Below are positions 62,739-64,000 of a stretch of DNA of 64,000 nucleotides, piece after piece. This stretch comes from Leucoraja ocellata (lineage: Eukaryota): assembly GCA_036785375.1 (NCBI GenBank), contig JAWMAR010000647.1, positions 372,001 through 436,000 on the forward strand, written 5' to 3'. Positions within the stretch are counted from its first letter, which is position 1; the number at the start of each line of letters is the position of its first letter. The position numbers and the translations under genes were made by a program. The notes under the pieces are model-generated. The model saw only the letters and a list, made by a program, of their open reading frames with translations. It ran no database searches and was not told the origin of the DNA.

Positions 62739-63159
62739 TACAATAATTCCAGCTCGTGGACATTTTTACATTGTGTAAAATAAATTATTTTAAGTTTAGT
62801 TATAAGTAGTCAACACAGTGAGTTATACATCACTGAAACAGGCCCTTCAGCTCACAATTGGACTTCATCATCCATCCAGCTTATGCAGTAAGTAGGTTAA
62901 TTTGTCTTTATAAGTGTGGTAACGCAAAAATAGGGTAGAATTTGCCAAAAAAAAGGTAGAATTTGCAATGTTAATCTTGATGCCAAATATTGTTTATTCA
63001 GCAACATGGTTATGAATGAAGTTAGTATGAAGAATGGTTAATATCAAGTCCCTTTAATTATTGTTGGGACTTTACTTATGAACACTATTTGTGACCAGGA
63101 ACCACATTTGCTACCGCCCTGGCTGTGTAGCAATAGTTTTTCCATAGTTGCTGCAGATT

Positions 63160-63336
63160 ATCCTTAATCGGACTTTATTGAACTTTATCTTGCGCTAAAT
63201 GTTATTCTCTTTATCGTGTCTCTGTACTCAGTGGATGGTTCGATTGTAATCATGCGTCGTCTTTCCACTGTCTGGTTAGTACGCATCAAAAGCTTTTCAC
63301 CATACCTCGGTTCACGTGACAATAAACTAAACTCAA
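63160..63336 (+). mobile_element. L2/Rex-type 3' UTR fragment
   Basis: cttttcac...cctcgg.tcacgtgacaataaactaaac, as at 17255-17417 and 21870-22000. Confidence 0.65.
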
Positions 63337-64000
63337 ATGTGAACTTCTGAGTTTTGCTTGAGGATAAGGATGGTGAGGAACTTAGTGGAGGTATCATTGA
63401 AAATATTGGAGATGATTGAGCACTTTATCCGGGAAGCAACCTGGCACTTGCCCCAAATACCCGGATATTATCCAAGTATTGGAGTTGCTGCGAGAGGTTT
63501 AAGAATTTGAGTTTCTGCAAACCTCTCAAAAATTGTGAATTGCAATCTTCAAATTTCCGTGGAGGCAAAACGTGAAAATAAAGCATTCTCACATTGGGAC
63601 GCACGAGTTGACAAAGTAATTCCAAACATATCACTTTATACATGCAGCAGAAGATAAAAGCCAGGCATCAGCAAGGTTCCAGCTGTGAGAATGAAAAGTG
63701 ATTCTTTGTGATTTCTGAATGAAGTAAAATTTTCAATTCCAACAATGTGTTGAAGAGAACAAGGAACAGAATGAGGTGACTTCAACTGGGGTGGACTTGT
63801 GACGCTATCTGTTCGTGGAATTAAGTTATTTGATTATTCTTGCATGCTTTCAATCGTTTACCATTACCCAGTTAGAGTTGTAATTTACTTTCTCTTTTTT
63901 GGAAGTTGAAAACCGTAAAATTTGTGGTCTTTTTGAAAGTGAAATACTGGAAGTGATTCAGAAATTCTTAAGGGAGACAAGAGATGTGCTGCAGCTGCTA

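Overview
Vertebrate genomic DNA. The repeat content (HE1-like V-SINEs, CR1 LINEs) points to a cartilaginous fish, probably a skate or ray; this is an inference. The only host gene I can support is TGFBR3 (betaglycan) or a close paralogue on the + strand. Five internal coding exons (29208-29345, 45386-45569, 45887-46055, 49334-49481, 60960-61155) splice in one frame and encode the N-terminal orphan domain; I did not find the 5' or 3' exons. The rest is intronic or intergenic and rich in transposable elements: CR1 LINEs (one young family contributing esterase ORF1, endonuclease and RT pieces), tRNA/V-SINEs, Rex1/L2-type tails, PIF/Harbinger MITEs and two Tigger/pogo-type shells with different GC-rich interiors. 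A repeat-free island at about 1.5-5.3 kb is rich in Hox/Pbx/Meis motifs, and there are four N gaps. Two candidate self-cleaving ribozyme systems sit in short repeats. (1) A 130-140 nt (GAA)n-tailed retroelement occurs three times, always sense to TGFBR3; its first 54 nt fold as a minimal HDV/CPEB3-type ribozyme, and in the clearest copy the target-site duplication ends exactly at the predicted cleavage site. (2) A Penelope-LTR-like repeat carries a minimal hammerhead core, including a 96-nt tandem dimer. All folds and alignments were done by eye and are not experimentally or computationally verified.
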